A stretch of 64,000 nt of DNA from Neoechinorhynchus agilis (Eukaryota > Animalia > Acanthocephala): assembly GCA_051530055.1 (NCBI GenBank), contig CM121341.1:16284784-16348783 (forward strand), given 5' to 3'. Every line of letters starts with the position of its first letter. The first letter of the stretch is position 1. Below are positions 47,590 to 58,464 of this stretch, one piece after another. Both the position numbers and the translations under genes were made by a program. Below the pieces are notes generated by a model. That model saw only the letters and a list, made by a program, of their open reading frames with translations, made no database searches and had not been told where the DNA came from.

Positions 47590-48200
47590 AGCCGCATAAA
47601 TATACCGGGACAACTGAAAACCCGTAGGATAGAGAAAAGATCTCCAGATCTATATGAAACAGATACGAGTACGGGCGTTACTCTGAATATCGATGTGAAT
47701 GACAATGAATCGTATGTCAGGCAAATAATTGACGAGCAACAGCAAATATGCGCAGAAGGACTAGTCGATATGATCAAGCGGAGGAGAGCCATTCTATGAC
47801 AGAATTGAGGCTGGTGCAGTGGTATGCAGGCGGGCGCCTAGAAATTCCCAGAATAATCTCGGCTGCTCAGAAACACTTCCAAGATATTCCTGAAGGTATT
47901 AAGTGTCTAGGCACGGACTCCTCCATTTTCATCGCCCCGCCGGCCAATCTTAATTCGCAAGGACTCCTCTCAATTTTTAATTCCAGCCCTTTCCCGACCG
48001 TTATCGGTCAATTCAGTTCACCTGATATGTCTTACGCCATTTTCTCAATTCACTTTGGGGGAGAGAAAATTGTCTTGGTAAATGTTTGTGTTCGGCCAAA
48101 GAAAATCCACCTTAAGAAAAACAAGCATATATTGAAAGATTTACTGCTCTCCGGTGTTGATCTTTTATTTGGCGACTTTAACGATCCTACGGAAAAGTGG
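47590..48200 (+). mobile_element. APE-type LINE 5' part: ORF1 end and truncated AP endonuclease
   Basis: ORF1 stop TGA (47797) overlaps the ORF2 ATG (47796); LRLVQW..G, IVLVNVCVRP and LLFGDFN motifs; the APE C-terminal SDH region is missing. Confidence 0.7.
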
Positions 48201-50660
48201 ACTCGTGCAATTTCACGCGCTAGGGTTCCTGCCCAGGAAAGTCATGAAACGGATCCCAAAGGGCACACGATATCAGGTCGCCAAAGCATTTACGGGATTG
48301 CTCAACGATTGCCTCCAAAAGAACTGTACACCATCATGGAAGCGGCTCTTCGCATTCTCGCACTTAGTCCTTTGCACCAGTGATGATTCTGGGGTGCCTT
48401 TGACATCAACAATCAAGGAAAGGGTGGCCTCCTTCGAACATATATTTAACAATTTCGAAATGAAATTTCGCGAGGTTCGTAAGGTACGCACGAAGGAAGG
48501 GTTTCGTAGCCGTTTTTCAAAGCGATCCCGGAGCAAAGATTTTGGTCGTATCTTTGACCTCTAAAGATGCTTGCGAGTCTTTTGTTTAAGAATTGCTGAT
48601 TCTTCATCTTTTAAAAATATCAATAAGAAACCAGAATATTGATAATAAAGATAGGATCGAGACTACAAAGCTTAAAGGATGCCAAATGAAATTTTAAATT
48701 CAACACCATTTAGTAATAAATTATATTAAGAGTCTCGGACGGCGATGTTCGCGGGGGGCTGTTCCGTTATTGTCATCCTTCGACAGTTTTGCACAAGGAG
48801 ACAACGCGACACAAATACTCCGATCAAAACAATCATGCAGTAGTGGCACCTTTGAAATCGCACCTCCTCCCATACAAGACAGGACACCCGCTCAAATTTC
48901 AGAATTAAAAAAGGTTATCTCATTCTTTGCAAATGGATCGGGCCATGGGTTCGACGGGCTAAGGCCTCAACACCTAAGCGAAGCAGCTCTCTAGAATGTG
49001 CGCTTTCGCGGTTAGTCGACCGCCTGACTGGAGAGGACCTGAATCCCGTTGCAAAAGACCTATTTTCGGAGCATCATTATGTGCCCTCATAAAAAAAGGA
49101 GGTGGGATTCGTCCCATCGCCGTATCTTCGACGATACGCCGACTTGCAGGAAAAATTCTCTGTAAACGTATCACAGACTGGGCTGTTGCACATCCTGCGG
49201 GGCGGAAGCTATTGTCCACGCGCTCCGAAACTTTACTACGAGGAGTTCAGAGCCGTGCGTGATTCTTAAGTGTGGTTTTCAGAACGCCTTTAACTCTCTA
49301 GATAGAGAAAGCATGTTCTGCGCTATTGGGGATCACGCACCAGAAGCCTTCCAGTATTTTCTCAATGCCTACGGGACCGCGACTCCTTTGCTTTTCGAAT
49401 ACCACCTCATTTGGTCCGAAAGAGGAGTGCAGCAAGAAGATCCTCTCGGTCCAATAGCATCAACCGTCCGTCTCGTGCGACTTAATATTTCCAGTACGTT
49501 CGAGTCGGTACATCATTCCCTTCTCCTCCATTCATGTGCTTCCTTTGGCCTCCCAACTTGGCAACTCGCTTGGATTTCCTCTTTCCTCTCCAACCGCGAA
49601 CAATATATCCAATGTGGAACTTCTTTTTCCTCCTCTCTGCCCATATTTAAAGGGGTCCCCCAAGGCGCCGTACTTTCCCTCTCCTCTTTGACATTTTTCT
49701 AAATGACCTCGATCCCCTCGCTCCCTCTACCAAATATTTTCTTGATGCAGATGACCTCACAGTCATTACCATCGCATCTCCCTCTCTCTCCCTCTCCACA
49801 ACCATGGACGAGCTCAACCATCTCATTTCCTCGCTCACCACCCTAAACCTCTCCCTTAATTTAACCAAATCTTTTGAGCTTGTCCCTCACATTTCCAAAC
49901 CCAATCTTATCCCCATGCCTCTCCCTCTCCCCATCCAACGCTCCTCTTCTCTCCGAATACTGGGCCTGACTTTACAAGAAAACCTTAAATGGGATGCCCA
50001 CATTTCATTGACCCTCTCAAAAGCAAACCTTCGTCTTTACCTTCTCAAACCCCTCCGGCGTCTCGGCGTATCCCCTAAACACCTTGCCCACTTTTATCTT
50101 TCAGCCATTTTTTGGTTGATACTTTCAGGCGACACGGTGTCGTTTGTCGAAAGTCAGGATGAAGGTTCTCACGCCATTCTGAGATCAATAGCGTAATTTC
50201 TCGGACGTTGAGAACGGCGAACGTCTCCTCCCATCTTTGTCGACTAGACGGTCGTCGACCTGACGGAATTTCGGTCTTTCCATGGCGGGAGGGCAAATGC
50301 CTTCTCTGGGACGGCACGTGTGTGGACACCCTCGTAGTAAGCAACATTCCCTACTCTCTCGAAATCGCTGGAGGTGCATCCAGTGCAGCGGAAGGGATGA
50401 AGTTACGAAAATATATGGATTTAGCAAGGACCCACTAACGGAGCTCAACATAATGGCGATATTTTTCAATCGTAAAGATTGAATTCAAAAACGCAGCCTG
50501 TGCCGAATTGAAAATGAAGCATTGCGCTCACATTGAGGAAAACACCGCACGAGCAGGTGTATTCCAGCGACAAAATATCTCGCAGTACAACGAGGCAATG
50601 CTGCTAGCGTGATATCGACAGCCGAGGAAGGAGAGAAGCTAAGATTTTGCGGACGATGGT
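48201..50660 (+). mobile_element. CRE-like retrotransposon (copy 4), mosaic with a CR1-like RT segment at ~49465-50110
   Basis: KRIPKG, G.DGLRPQHL, GGIRPIAV, F.NAFNS, QQ.DPLGP, then an abrupt switch to LNISSTFESVHH / GVPQGAVLS / ADDL / LKPLRRLGVS, then back to RHG..CRKS / RPDG.SVFPW. Confidence 0.8.
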
Positions 50661-51009
50661 GATTGCACGTTTTAACGCTTGCTGTTTGTTGCTTAAATTA
50701 AGAAGTACAACTCGAATTTTTCTCCCGGTATTACTGGGGAATGGATCGCTTTAGGCCGAATGGACATTTTTTAGTAGTAGTCGGAAAAGCGGTTTTTCAA
50801 CTTGTTAAATGGCTTCCGAAAACTTTTCAAATCCTGTTACCAATGCTCGTTCAAATAAAAAGAATGACATTTTTCACCCGAATCCTTGGGATATTTTTGG
50901 ATAATCGCAAAGGCAGCCTATTCCTCCATTTTTGGCCCGATAATTCAAGAAATCATTCATTCGAACTCTTAAAGATGGTCGCATGTTGAGAGTTCGGGTT
51001 TGTTAATAA

Positions 51010-51430
51010 CATCGGCGATATTTCGGTGATTGACATTCCGACACAAGTCGAAGATGCTGCGAAGTCCAAGAATGAGTCAGTTAATCCTAAAGACAATTCT
51101 GTGGAGAAGACAGGAAAGTGATTATTTGTATAATCGGTATTTTAATTTCATGGTATTTTGCGCAGGAGTAAAGAAATAAAAAAAAGTAGTTGATGCATAT
51201 AAGCAAATGATGCCTTTAGCTGTGTTAGTCGATTAATAATTAGTATAAACAATCCCGTTTAGGGGTTTTTCTCGAATTGAACTGATTTATGTAGAAAATA
51301 CTGTTCACAAAATTTTGTTTGCATAATGACTAACTAATTAATCGAAAAGTTTTTATGGTTATATTCCTTAAACATAGCTGAAACAAGTCTTCGGTGACCA
51401 CTTTGTGATGTTTTCAACTCGAATAACTCG
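51010..51430 (+). repeat. Direct duplicate of the Elongin A-like gene 3' end and downstream flank
   Basis: Matches about 53640-54068 (GATATTTCGGTGATTGACATTCCGACACAAGTCG...AACTCGAT). Confidence 0.85.
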
Positions 51431-52296
51431 ATACAAAGGCGCGTGAAATTGTGAAGTGTGTTAAAGTAGCGACATCGCAGCGGAAAATTAGTCCCGCTTG
51501 TTGAGTAGTTCTGGAGATTTTCGAGCTGATGTCCAGAACTATCCCTCGCATTGAAACACCATCTCCTTAAAACCGCTCGGGATGTAAATTGTGCCTCGTC
51601 GATTGGCAGTTCCACCGGTGTTTGGCCAAAAGCCTAAGTTGTGTCGAGAGTTTTACTTTTCCGTCGCTGTGGCACTCTGAGTGGGGTTTTGCCCATGGTG
51701 GACGAGATGACCATCGAACGATGTTTGGCCGATGACAATCGCGGGTTAACTACATAGGCAAAACTGAACGGCCTATGATTGAGTTGAGCATTCGATACAA
51801 TAAGATCATTGTTGTTGGCAAGGGACAATATTATTTGTATGCCAAAAAGTATGGGCTTTTGCAGTTGAAAAGTTAATTTTTAAAATATTTAAAATTGTAC
51901 GAAAATTCGCTTAAAAAGTAATAACGAAAAATAGGATGTTTTATTAAGTTTCTAACCGTACAATAAATTCACGTCCTTGAGTAGCAAATATTGTTCCATC
52001 GCTAGAAAAGCTAGTAAAAATATTATGAATACGCCGACAACATACGGAGTCAATAGGAAAATATTTGGAGCTCTTAAATTAAATAATAAGACAAATATTA
52101 TGTCAATCAAAATGCTGTTGGGTAAAACGTCCCTTATTAGAAAAAGTATTAACATAAAAAGGGATAATCGCTCTAAAGCAAATAAAAACGGAATCGCCTA
52201 CTGAAAACATACGAAACTATCGATCGATAAAAATAACGCTAACATAAAGGTACGTTTGGGCGATTATCTAATTGCGTATTAAATGTATTAATTTAG

Positions 52297-53757
52297 ATGA
52301 CTCCAAAACATAGAAAGGACAAGCTTGAACAAGCTGACAAAATTCAATACACTGAAGACCGAAAGCGCAAAAATGATTCGAATGCCAGCGATGATCAACG
52401 TCTCTCTAAGTGTAAGAAATCCAAAAGTACAAATCGTGAATCGGCCCCGGGAAAATATGGGAAAGCATCCGATGATCAATCATACAATAAAGACGACGCC
52501 AGAAAAGTCATTATCAAAAAGAATACACTTGAGCAAGTTGAATTCACTGCCGACCGCAAGCGCAAAACTGATTCAAATGCCAGCAATGGTAAACGCCTTC
52601 CGAAGTGTCCGAAATCCACTAGTATAAATCGTGAATTGGTTTCGATAAAAGACGAAAAATCAACCAATGATCATGATGAATTATACAATGACAACGACGC
52701 TAGAAAAGTCATCAATAAACTTCGGTTATATTCGAAGAAATGCAATGAAGCGAAGATGAAACACTATCTTAAAATAGTAAAGGATCATAGGTTCATATAC
52801 GAACGTGCAATCAAAGCTTGTGGAGAAGACTGGTTAAGGGACAAATTTTATCGATATCTTTTTTCTTGTCATGAACTTCCTGATTGGCCTGATGAAACCA
52901 AGATTCACAAACCTTCGTCGATTATTACGATTCCTGACGCCACGAAGCCATACATCGCAGATGTTGACTTAACGGCACGGCCGAGTAGGCCAAAGCTGAA
53001 ACGGAATTCGGGTACTGAATACAGCACACTCGCTGGAATCAAGTGTCCAAGGAATCTTTTAGCTTTATCAAATTCCAAAGACATTTACGAAGACGAGGAT
53101 ATTGACAAGTGCAAAATCGCAACGCTTAAAAAAGGCAATTACAAGGGAGTGATTGATGGAATCAAAGAGAAGTTTTCGAAAATTGAAATGGATAAGATGA
53201 TGCGTTCTTTTGAGAAGAAACCCCTTATTCAAGAGCACGAGAAGAAGCAGCACGAAGCAGAAAAGAAACGACTTTACGAAGAGGAAATAAAATTCATAAT
53301 AAAGTGCACGACGAGAAGGACTAATACTGATGCAAATGAAGTGGCCAAGTCAGAAACCGATCCAACGATAAAGGAGGAGAAATTACATTACGACTCATTC
53401 ACAAGTAACGTAAAGACTTACGTCTATGACGGCCGATTTCCAGTCATCAGAATAATCGAATATATGGTCGATTTTTGCGATCTCTATGAGATGCTTATTT
53501 TTGAAAAGAACAACCCGGAATTGAAGGATGATCTACAGCTCCTATGGAAGCGACGATGTAAACTTGACTACGATGTTGAAACACTGAAATTCAGCAATTG
53601 CTGGAAGCAAACGTATATTCATTACTGGAGGTTTGTTAATAGCATCAGCGATATTTCGGTGATTGACATTCCGACACAAGTCGAAGAAGATGCTGCGAAG
53701 TCCAAGAATAAGTTAGTTAATCCTAAAGACAATTCTGTGCAGAAGACAGGAAAGTGA
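52297..53757 (+). CDS. ELOA: Elongin A-like protein, divergent and intronless (486 aa)
   Basis: VINKLR...KMKHYLKIV resembles the TFIIS-N start; KTYVYDGR and FP...EY...FC.....FEKNNPELKDDLQLLWKRRCKLDY...WKQTY match the Elongin A C-terminal domain. Confidence 0.6.
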   Translation: MTPKHRKDKLEQADKIQYTEDRKRKNDSNASDDQRLSKCKKSKSTNRESAPGKYGKASDDQSYNKDDARKVIIKKNTLEQVEFTADRKRKTDSNASNGKRLPKCPKSTSINRELVSIKDEKSTNDHDELYNDNDARKVINKLRLYSKKCNEAKMKHYLKIVKDHRFIYERAIKACGEDWLRDKFYRYLFSCHELPDWPDETKIHKPSSIITIPDATKPYIADVDLTARPSRPKLKRNSGTEYSTLAGIKCPRNLLALSNSKDIYEDEDIDKCKIATLKKGNYKGVIDGIKEKFSKIEMDKMMRSFEKKPLIQEHEKKQHEAEKKRLYEEEIKFIIKCTTRRTNTDANEVAKSETDPTIKEEKLHYDSFTSNVKTYVYDGRFPVIRIIEYMVDFCDLYEMLIFEKNNPELKDDLQLLWKRRCKLDYDVETLKFSNCWKQTYIHYWRFVNSISDISVIDIPTQVEEDAAKSKNKLVNPKDNSVQKTGK

Positions 53758-54604
53758 TTATTTGTAGAATCGGTATTTTAATTTCATGGTATTTTGCGCT
53801 GGAGTAAAGAAATAAAAAAAGTAGTTGATTCATATAAGCAAATGATGCCTTTAGCTGTGTTAGTCGATTAATATTTAGTATAAACAGTCCCATTTAGGGG
53901 TTTTTCTCGAATTGAACTGATTTATGTACAAAATACTGTTCACAAAATTTTGTTTGCATAATGACTAACTAATTAATCGAAAAGTTTTTATGGTTATATT
54001 CCTTAAACATAGCTGAAACAAGTCTTCGGTGGCCACTTTGTGATGTTTTCAACTCGAATAACTCGATTAGGATCTCATCGCCGTCTCCAAAAGAAATACT
54101 CGGTATTCTATTTGGATTCCAAGAATCGCCGCTCTTCTTGGCTTCTGATCGATTCTGTGAAGACTCAAACAATAATCACGGGTTTAAAAATCTAAATAAA
54201 CTGCTGCATCTTTTTAAATAGTGTCCGGTTGCTCTTTTTCAAGCTTGTGCGGGCGTTCCGATTTTTAACATGCCTGAACTTATCCCGAATTAATCAAGCT
54301 ACGAGCCAAGATAATACACTCGACCGTTTCCCCGGTCATATCTTCGTGGATGAACGGATCTCTTTTATCCAATTCCTCCTTTGTGCCCATGTCAAGCTCA
54401 GGGGAATAAAACATGAAAGTTGCTCATTGGTTGTTTTCACAAGGTTAGATTTAAGGAGATTGTTAGCCACGTATTCTTGAATTTTTAAGTTTTTCAAAAT
54501 AACTGTGAAACATCCTACTATTTCGTTGACCTTTAAAAATGAGCCAAGAAGTGTTCCGTTGTTTATTGCCAATTAAAAACTGTAAATTTTTTTAATAATT
54601 AATC

Positions 54605-55910
54605 TTTTTATTGTTTCTTTTTAAAGGACAATTTTAGAATAAATCGTTCCCCGGACGCTGACCGCATTTCCTCGTTGGATTGCGAGGCTTATTCTTTTGA
54701 TCAGGAAAATCCTCTCGCGTCGCTCCCCTGTTTGTGCTGCAAGTCGTCGTCCGAGTTCGGCACAAAAGCTTCGTGCCGAAGATCCCAGCGCCCCTTGTGT
54801 TTCCACGCCGAAAGGAAGGAAAATTTAATTTTGTTTGAGCTCATTGTATTTCTCCGCTTTCCTCCTTTCGGCGGCACTCGCTGCTCCTCCCGTCTCCGCT
54901 AAAGCATCTTGCCGGTTGGACAGGGCGAGTGAGTCCACGCATGTTGCGTCCCAAATTAGACTCTTCCCTTCTTTCCAAGGGAAAACGGTTATACCGTCGG
55001 GACGCTTACCATCCGAGCGACAAAGGTGATTAGGCTCCAGGATGGTTGGAACGTGGATCGAGTTCAGAGCTCTGCTAATGATCGCGTTGAGCTCTGCGTG
55101 CCTTGGGAAACGACCGCTCGATCTCTTGCAGTAGAGTCCATGTCTCCCGAGCACGTCAACTTTTATTCCACATCGGCACTGGTGTGGGGCACAGGTTGGA
55201 AGTCCTAAACGTAGAGCGACGGCTATTCGAACTGTCTCGTCGTCCAGCAAAGTTCCCAAAGTACCAATTGGCAAAACGTTCAACCATGCGCCTGACTCCT
55301 TCGAGGAACTGGCCACAAGTCTAGCTTGAGACACCTATTACTCAAATTATAAGGACGGCCGAAGGGTCCTTCTGGACGTTTCTTGGTAAGAGTTTGATTA
55401 TTGTAACTTTTCGTCACAGCCTCCTCTAAAAGTCGATCAAAATTGGTTATCCGCTGCTTGATGGTGGTTGTGAGGTTGGACTCGGGGTCACGGCTAGTAC
55501 TCAGATCCAATTTTGGAAAGGCGAATAAACGTGAATAGTTTGTATTCGTCGGTTCAGATAGGCAGTTTGCCAGCAGCTTCGAGAACATTTCACAGCAGCT
55601 ATTCCTGGCTCCTTTTGGAATCCTCTTCAAGACCGTTTTTGGAAGATATTGTAAGAGGCGCTTCATCACATTTTGAGTTTTGAGACTGTCGATGATAAAA
55701 GGTTTGTCCAACACTGGTGGAAGGGAAGATCCAGGGCATCGAGATCGTACCGGGCCATGTTTTCGAATGAGCCCACTTATCGTCACGCCTATGACGCGAT
55801 CGCATACAGTACAGCGAGTCGAAATCGAGGGCGAAGTGGGCGGAGAGAAGAGATCTGCCTCCATTACTGAGGAATGAATTTGTTTTGAGTTCCCACTTAC
55901 ATCTTTGGAC
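54605..55910 (-). mobile_element. CRE-like element with the RT internally deleted (copy 5)
   Basis: CTVC...GLIRKHGP..SRCPGS and KRIPKGAR are joined near 55335 directly to SQARLV..KESGAWLN and the REL domain; no RT motifs in between. Confidence 0.8.
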
Positions 55911-56101
55911 CATTTCTCTTTTTTATTTAGAAGCGGTTTGATGCCCAGAAGTTTTCATTTTGATGCGAATCTTGGAATTTGGCAAAATTCATTCTTTAGC
56001 GGCTGAATACTTGACAGTGGGACGGTTTCAGTACGGCCCTCGTCCACTTCCTGATGGTATCTTAGAATCCGGAGGGACGTACAAATTTATAACCGTACGA
56101 C

Positions 56102-56478
56102 CATAGGCATTGAGCGCAGACCAGCGCTTTCCCAGATCGAAATCGATGGACTGTGCGCCCATTCGACCGTGTATGGAAAAAATAAAAATATCTGGGTCAT
56201 AGGCATTGAGCGCAGACCAGCGCTTTCCCAGATCGAAATCGATGGACTGTGCGCCCATTCGACCGTGTATGGAAAAAATAAAAATATCTGGGTCATAGGC
56301 ATTGAGCGCAGACCAGCGCTTTCCCAGATCGAAATCGATGGACTGTGCGCCCATTCGACCGTGTATGGAAAAAATAAAAATATCTGGGTAATTGGCATTG
56401 AGCGCAGACCAGCGCTTTCCCAGATCGAAATCGATGGACTCTGTGTCCATTCCGCCTTGTATGGAAAAAATATCTATA
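56102..56478. repeat. 96-bp tandem repeat: three identical units plus one diverged unit
   Basis: Units start at 56102, 56198, 56294 and 56390; the 32-codon unit is open in several frames. Confidence 0.95.
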
Positions 56479-57487
56479 GTGCACAATCAAAGGGGACGAA
56501 ATGCTGCTGAAGGAAGGAGTGGCGGATCTCTCGACCTGTTCCCGAAGGTGATCGTGTCTTTTGATTGACTTCGGCATTCGAATACGGCAGATAGTGCTTC
56601 CTAAGCAGTTTAGCTCAATAATGAAACCAACGAAAATAAAGGTCTTATCTGAAAAATATACCGTTTCATAATTTGTAACATCAAAAACTCTTCTTCAAAA
56701 GTTAGGATTTAGTTTCTGTAAACAATAATGAAAAAGCCCTTCTTTTAGCAATCAGAGTTAGTGGTCCACATATCGACCGTTTTCTTTGTGACATTCGTAA
56801 CATTGATCTTCCAAGAAATACAAGATATTATCACCGATGAGCATCCTTAACTTCGCATCGAAAATCGATTTAAAATGCTCGAAGAGAGAAACGCACAAAC
56901 ATGGCTAATCGCTGATAAGCTACTTTTGTATATCTTTAAAATGTTCATAGGAAAGTCTGATATCTCGTCCGTTAGAAAGCTAAGATACAGATTTAATTGA
57001 AATGGAAGTACAAGGCATTCCTTCCAACCCGCCTCAAACCTTATGAAGACCGACATTTCGTCGACTTACTCGTTGGAGTTGTTTCAAAATCAGCTTAAGG
57101 ATTTAACGAGTAACCTCGCGATCGATGGAGCTAAACAGAAAAGGAATCAAATCTTAATTTCATCGCGATGAAAACGCGAACCTTTGTAAGATAAACCGTA
57201 ATGTCCACATCGGCGATATCGGATCTTTTAACGTAATGATTCAGACAAAAGTTCTCAAAAACCGGACAGACATGAGTGAGCGACGATTTCCGTAGATATT
57301 CCATGGTCAAACAATGTGAAAGTAGCTTGAACTTCTATATAAAAACCTCTAAATTGAAAGTGTTCAATCAACAATTCCTACATTTTTCTCCCGTTTTTTG
57401 TTAATGGAATTCGGAAGCTTTTAAGCATTGTTTAGATTTCAAAACAAGGAGTGTCGATATGTGACGTACCGGGAAACGTGATTAGAA

Positions 57488-57563
57488 TCTATACCCGGTA
57501 ACTGATGATGAACCCGACGAGGTTCCAAACGTCTTTAATAAATACTCAATTACCGGGTGTAGA
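57488..57563. mobile_element. Short pLTR-like element H with a mutated hammerhead
   Basis: AA-CTGATGA-T-GAACC-cgacga-GGTTC-CAAA-CGT-C-TT then AATAAA; 14-bp inverted ends TCTATACCCGGTAA / TTACCGGGTGTAGA. Confidence 0.55.
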
Positions 57564-58464
57564 CCTAAACAATAATTCTAAAACAAGGAATACCTTTGGG
57601 GATTAAAAAGCTTCCGGTAAATATAATTTTGCTCGATTGATTGGCGCTGATCATTTGCTTCCTCTACAACAATGGCGTCCTTGCGATAGATAAAGAACTT
57701 TCAATTGTGAAGATCAGTTACTCACGGCTGTAAAAAATTTTGCAGAATCTTTTCGGACCTTTGATCTTATCATTGGCGCTCCCAAAATCAAATTTAGAAC
57801 GACTTCAGGCATCTTCTATCCGTGAAATCCGAATTTCATGAGCTAATTTTTTTCAATAATTTTAAAATACTAAGAGTCCACAAACTAACACCGATGATAT
57901 TATCGCAAACAATAGCTTTCAATCCACCCATTGAATAAGCAAACGAGATTCTATAAGCGAACTCTTGAATCGATTCCAAATGCTCAATATTCCTTTATAA
58001 AGATCGCAAAAGTGCGGGAATGCCGACTTGAACGAGTTCGATTTCACCTCGCAATAATTTCTGACCTGGCAAAACATTGCCCACAAGAACTTAACCGGCC
58101 TTCCCAATTTTCTTTAACGCCCTCTGAGGTGCTAGACAGCACTTTGAGTAGAGGCCGACGCTTACAAAGCTAAATTTTTTATCAGTGTACGTTTTCCATG
58201 TAAAAGACTTTTTCAATTAGTATGTCATCGCTCCAAATCGAAATACAACTTGAAATATTTGGCGGATATTTATTGAAGAAAAAACGGATTTGAATACGGG
58301 CACGAGAGTTGCAGAAAACTGCAATCAAAATACAGCATTAATAAACACGAGTACAGAATATTCAAGTTGGGCGATTTGATACACTAATCGTTTACTATTT
58401 GATCAATTTTTTAAGCAAAACAACAGGTATGAATAATGGTGTAGCAATGAAATAAACGTGGCAA

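Noticed and set aside
47796-50660. Dualen/RandI-like element with both APE and REL endonucleases
   Set aside because: The APE is truncated after GDFN and the CRE lacks its N-terminus. The other five CRE copies have no convincing APE, so nesting or recombination is simpler.
51430-52250. Short minus-strand ORFs between the duplicated Elongin A-like 3' ends
   Set aside because: No motif or splice support; one is merely hydrophobic AT-rich sequence.
56102-56478. Possible CRISPR array
   Set aside because: Units are contiguous and identical with no unique spacers, there are no cas genes, and the context is eukaryotic.
56600-58200. Gene-like short open frames (for example KWKYKAFLPTRLKPYEDRHF, ISKQGVSICDVPGNVIRIY)
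   Set aside because: No consistent splice model or family could be built; possibly a decayed gene.
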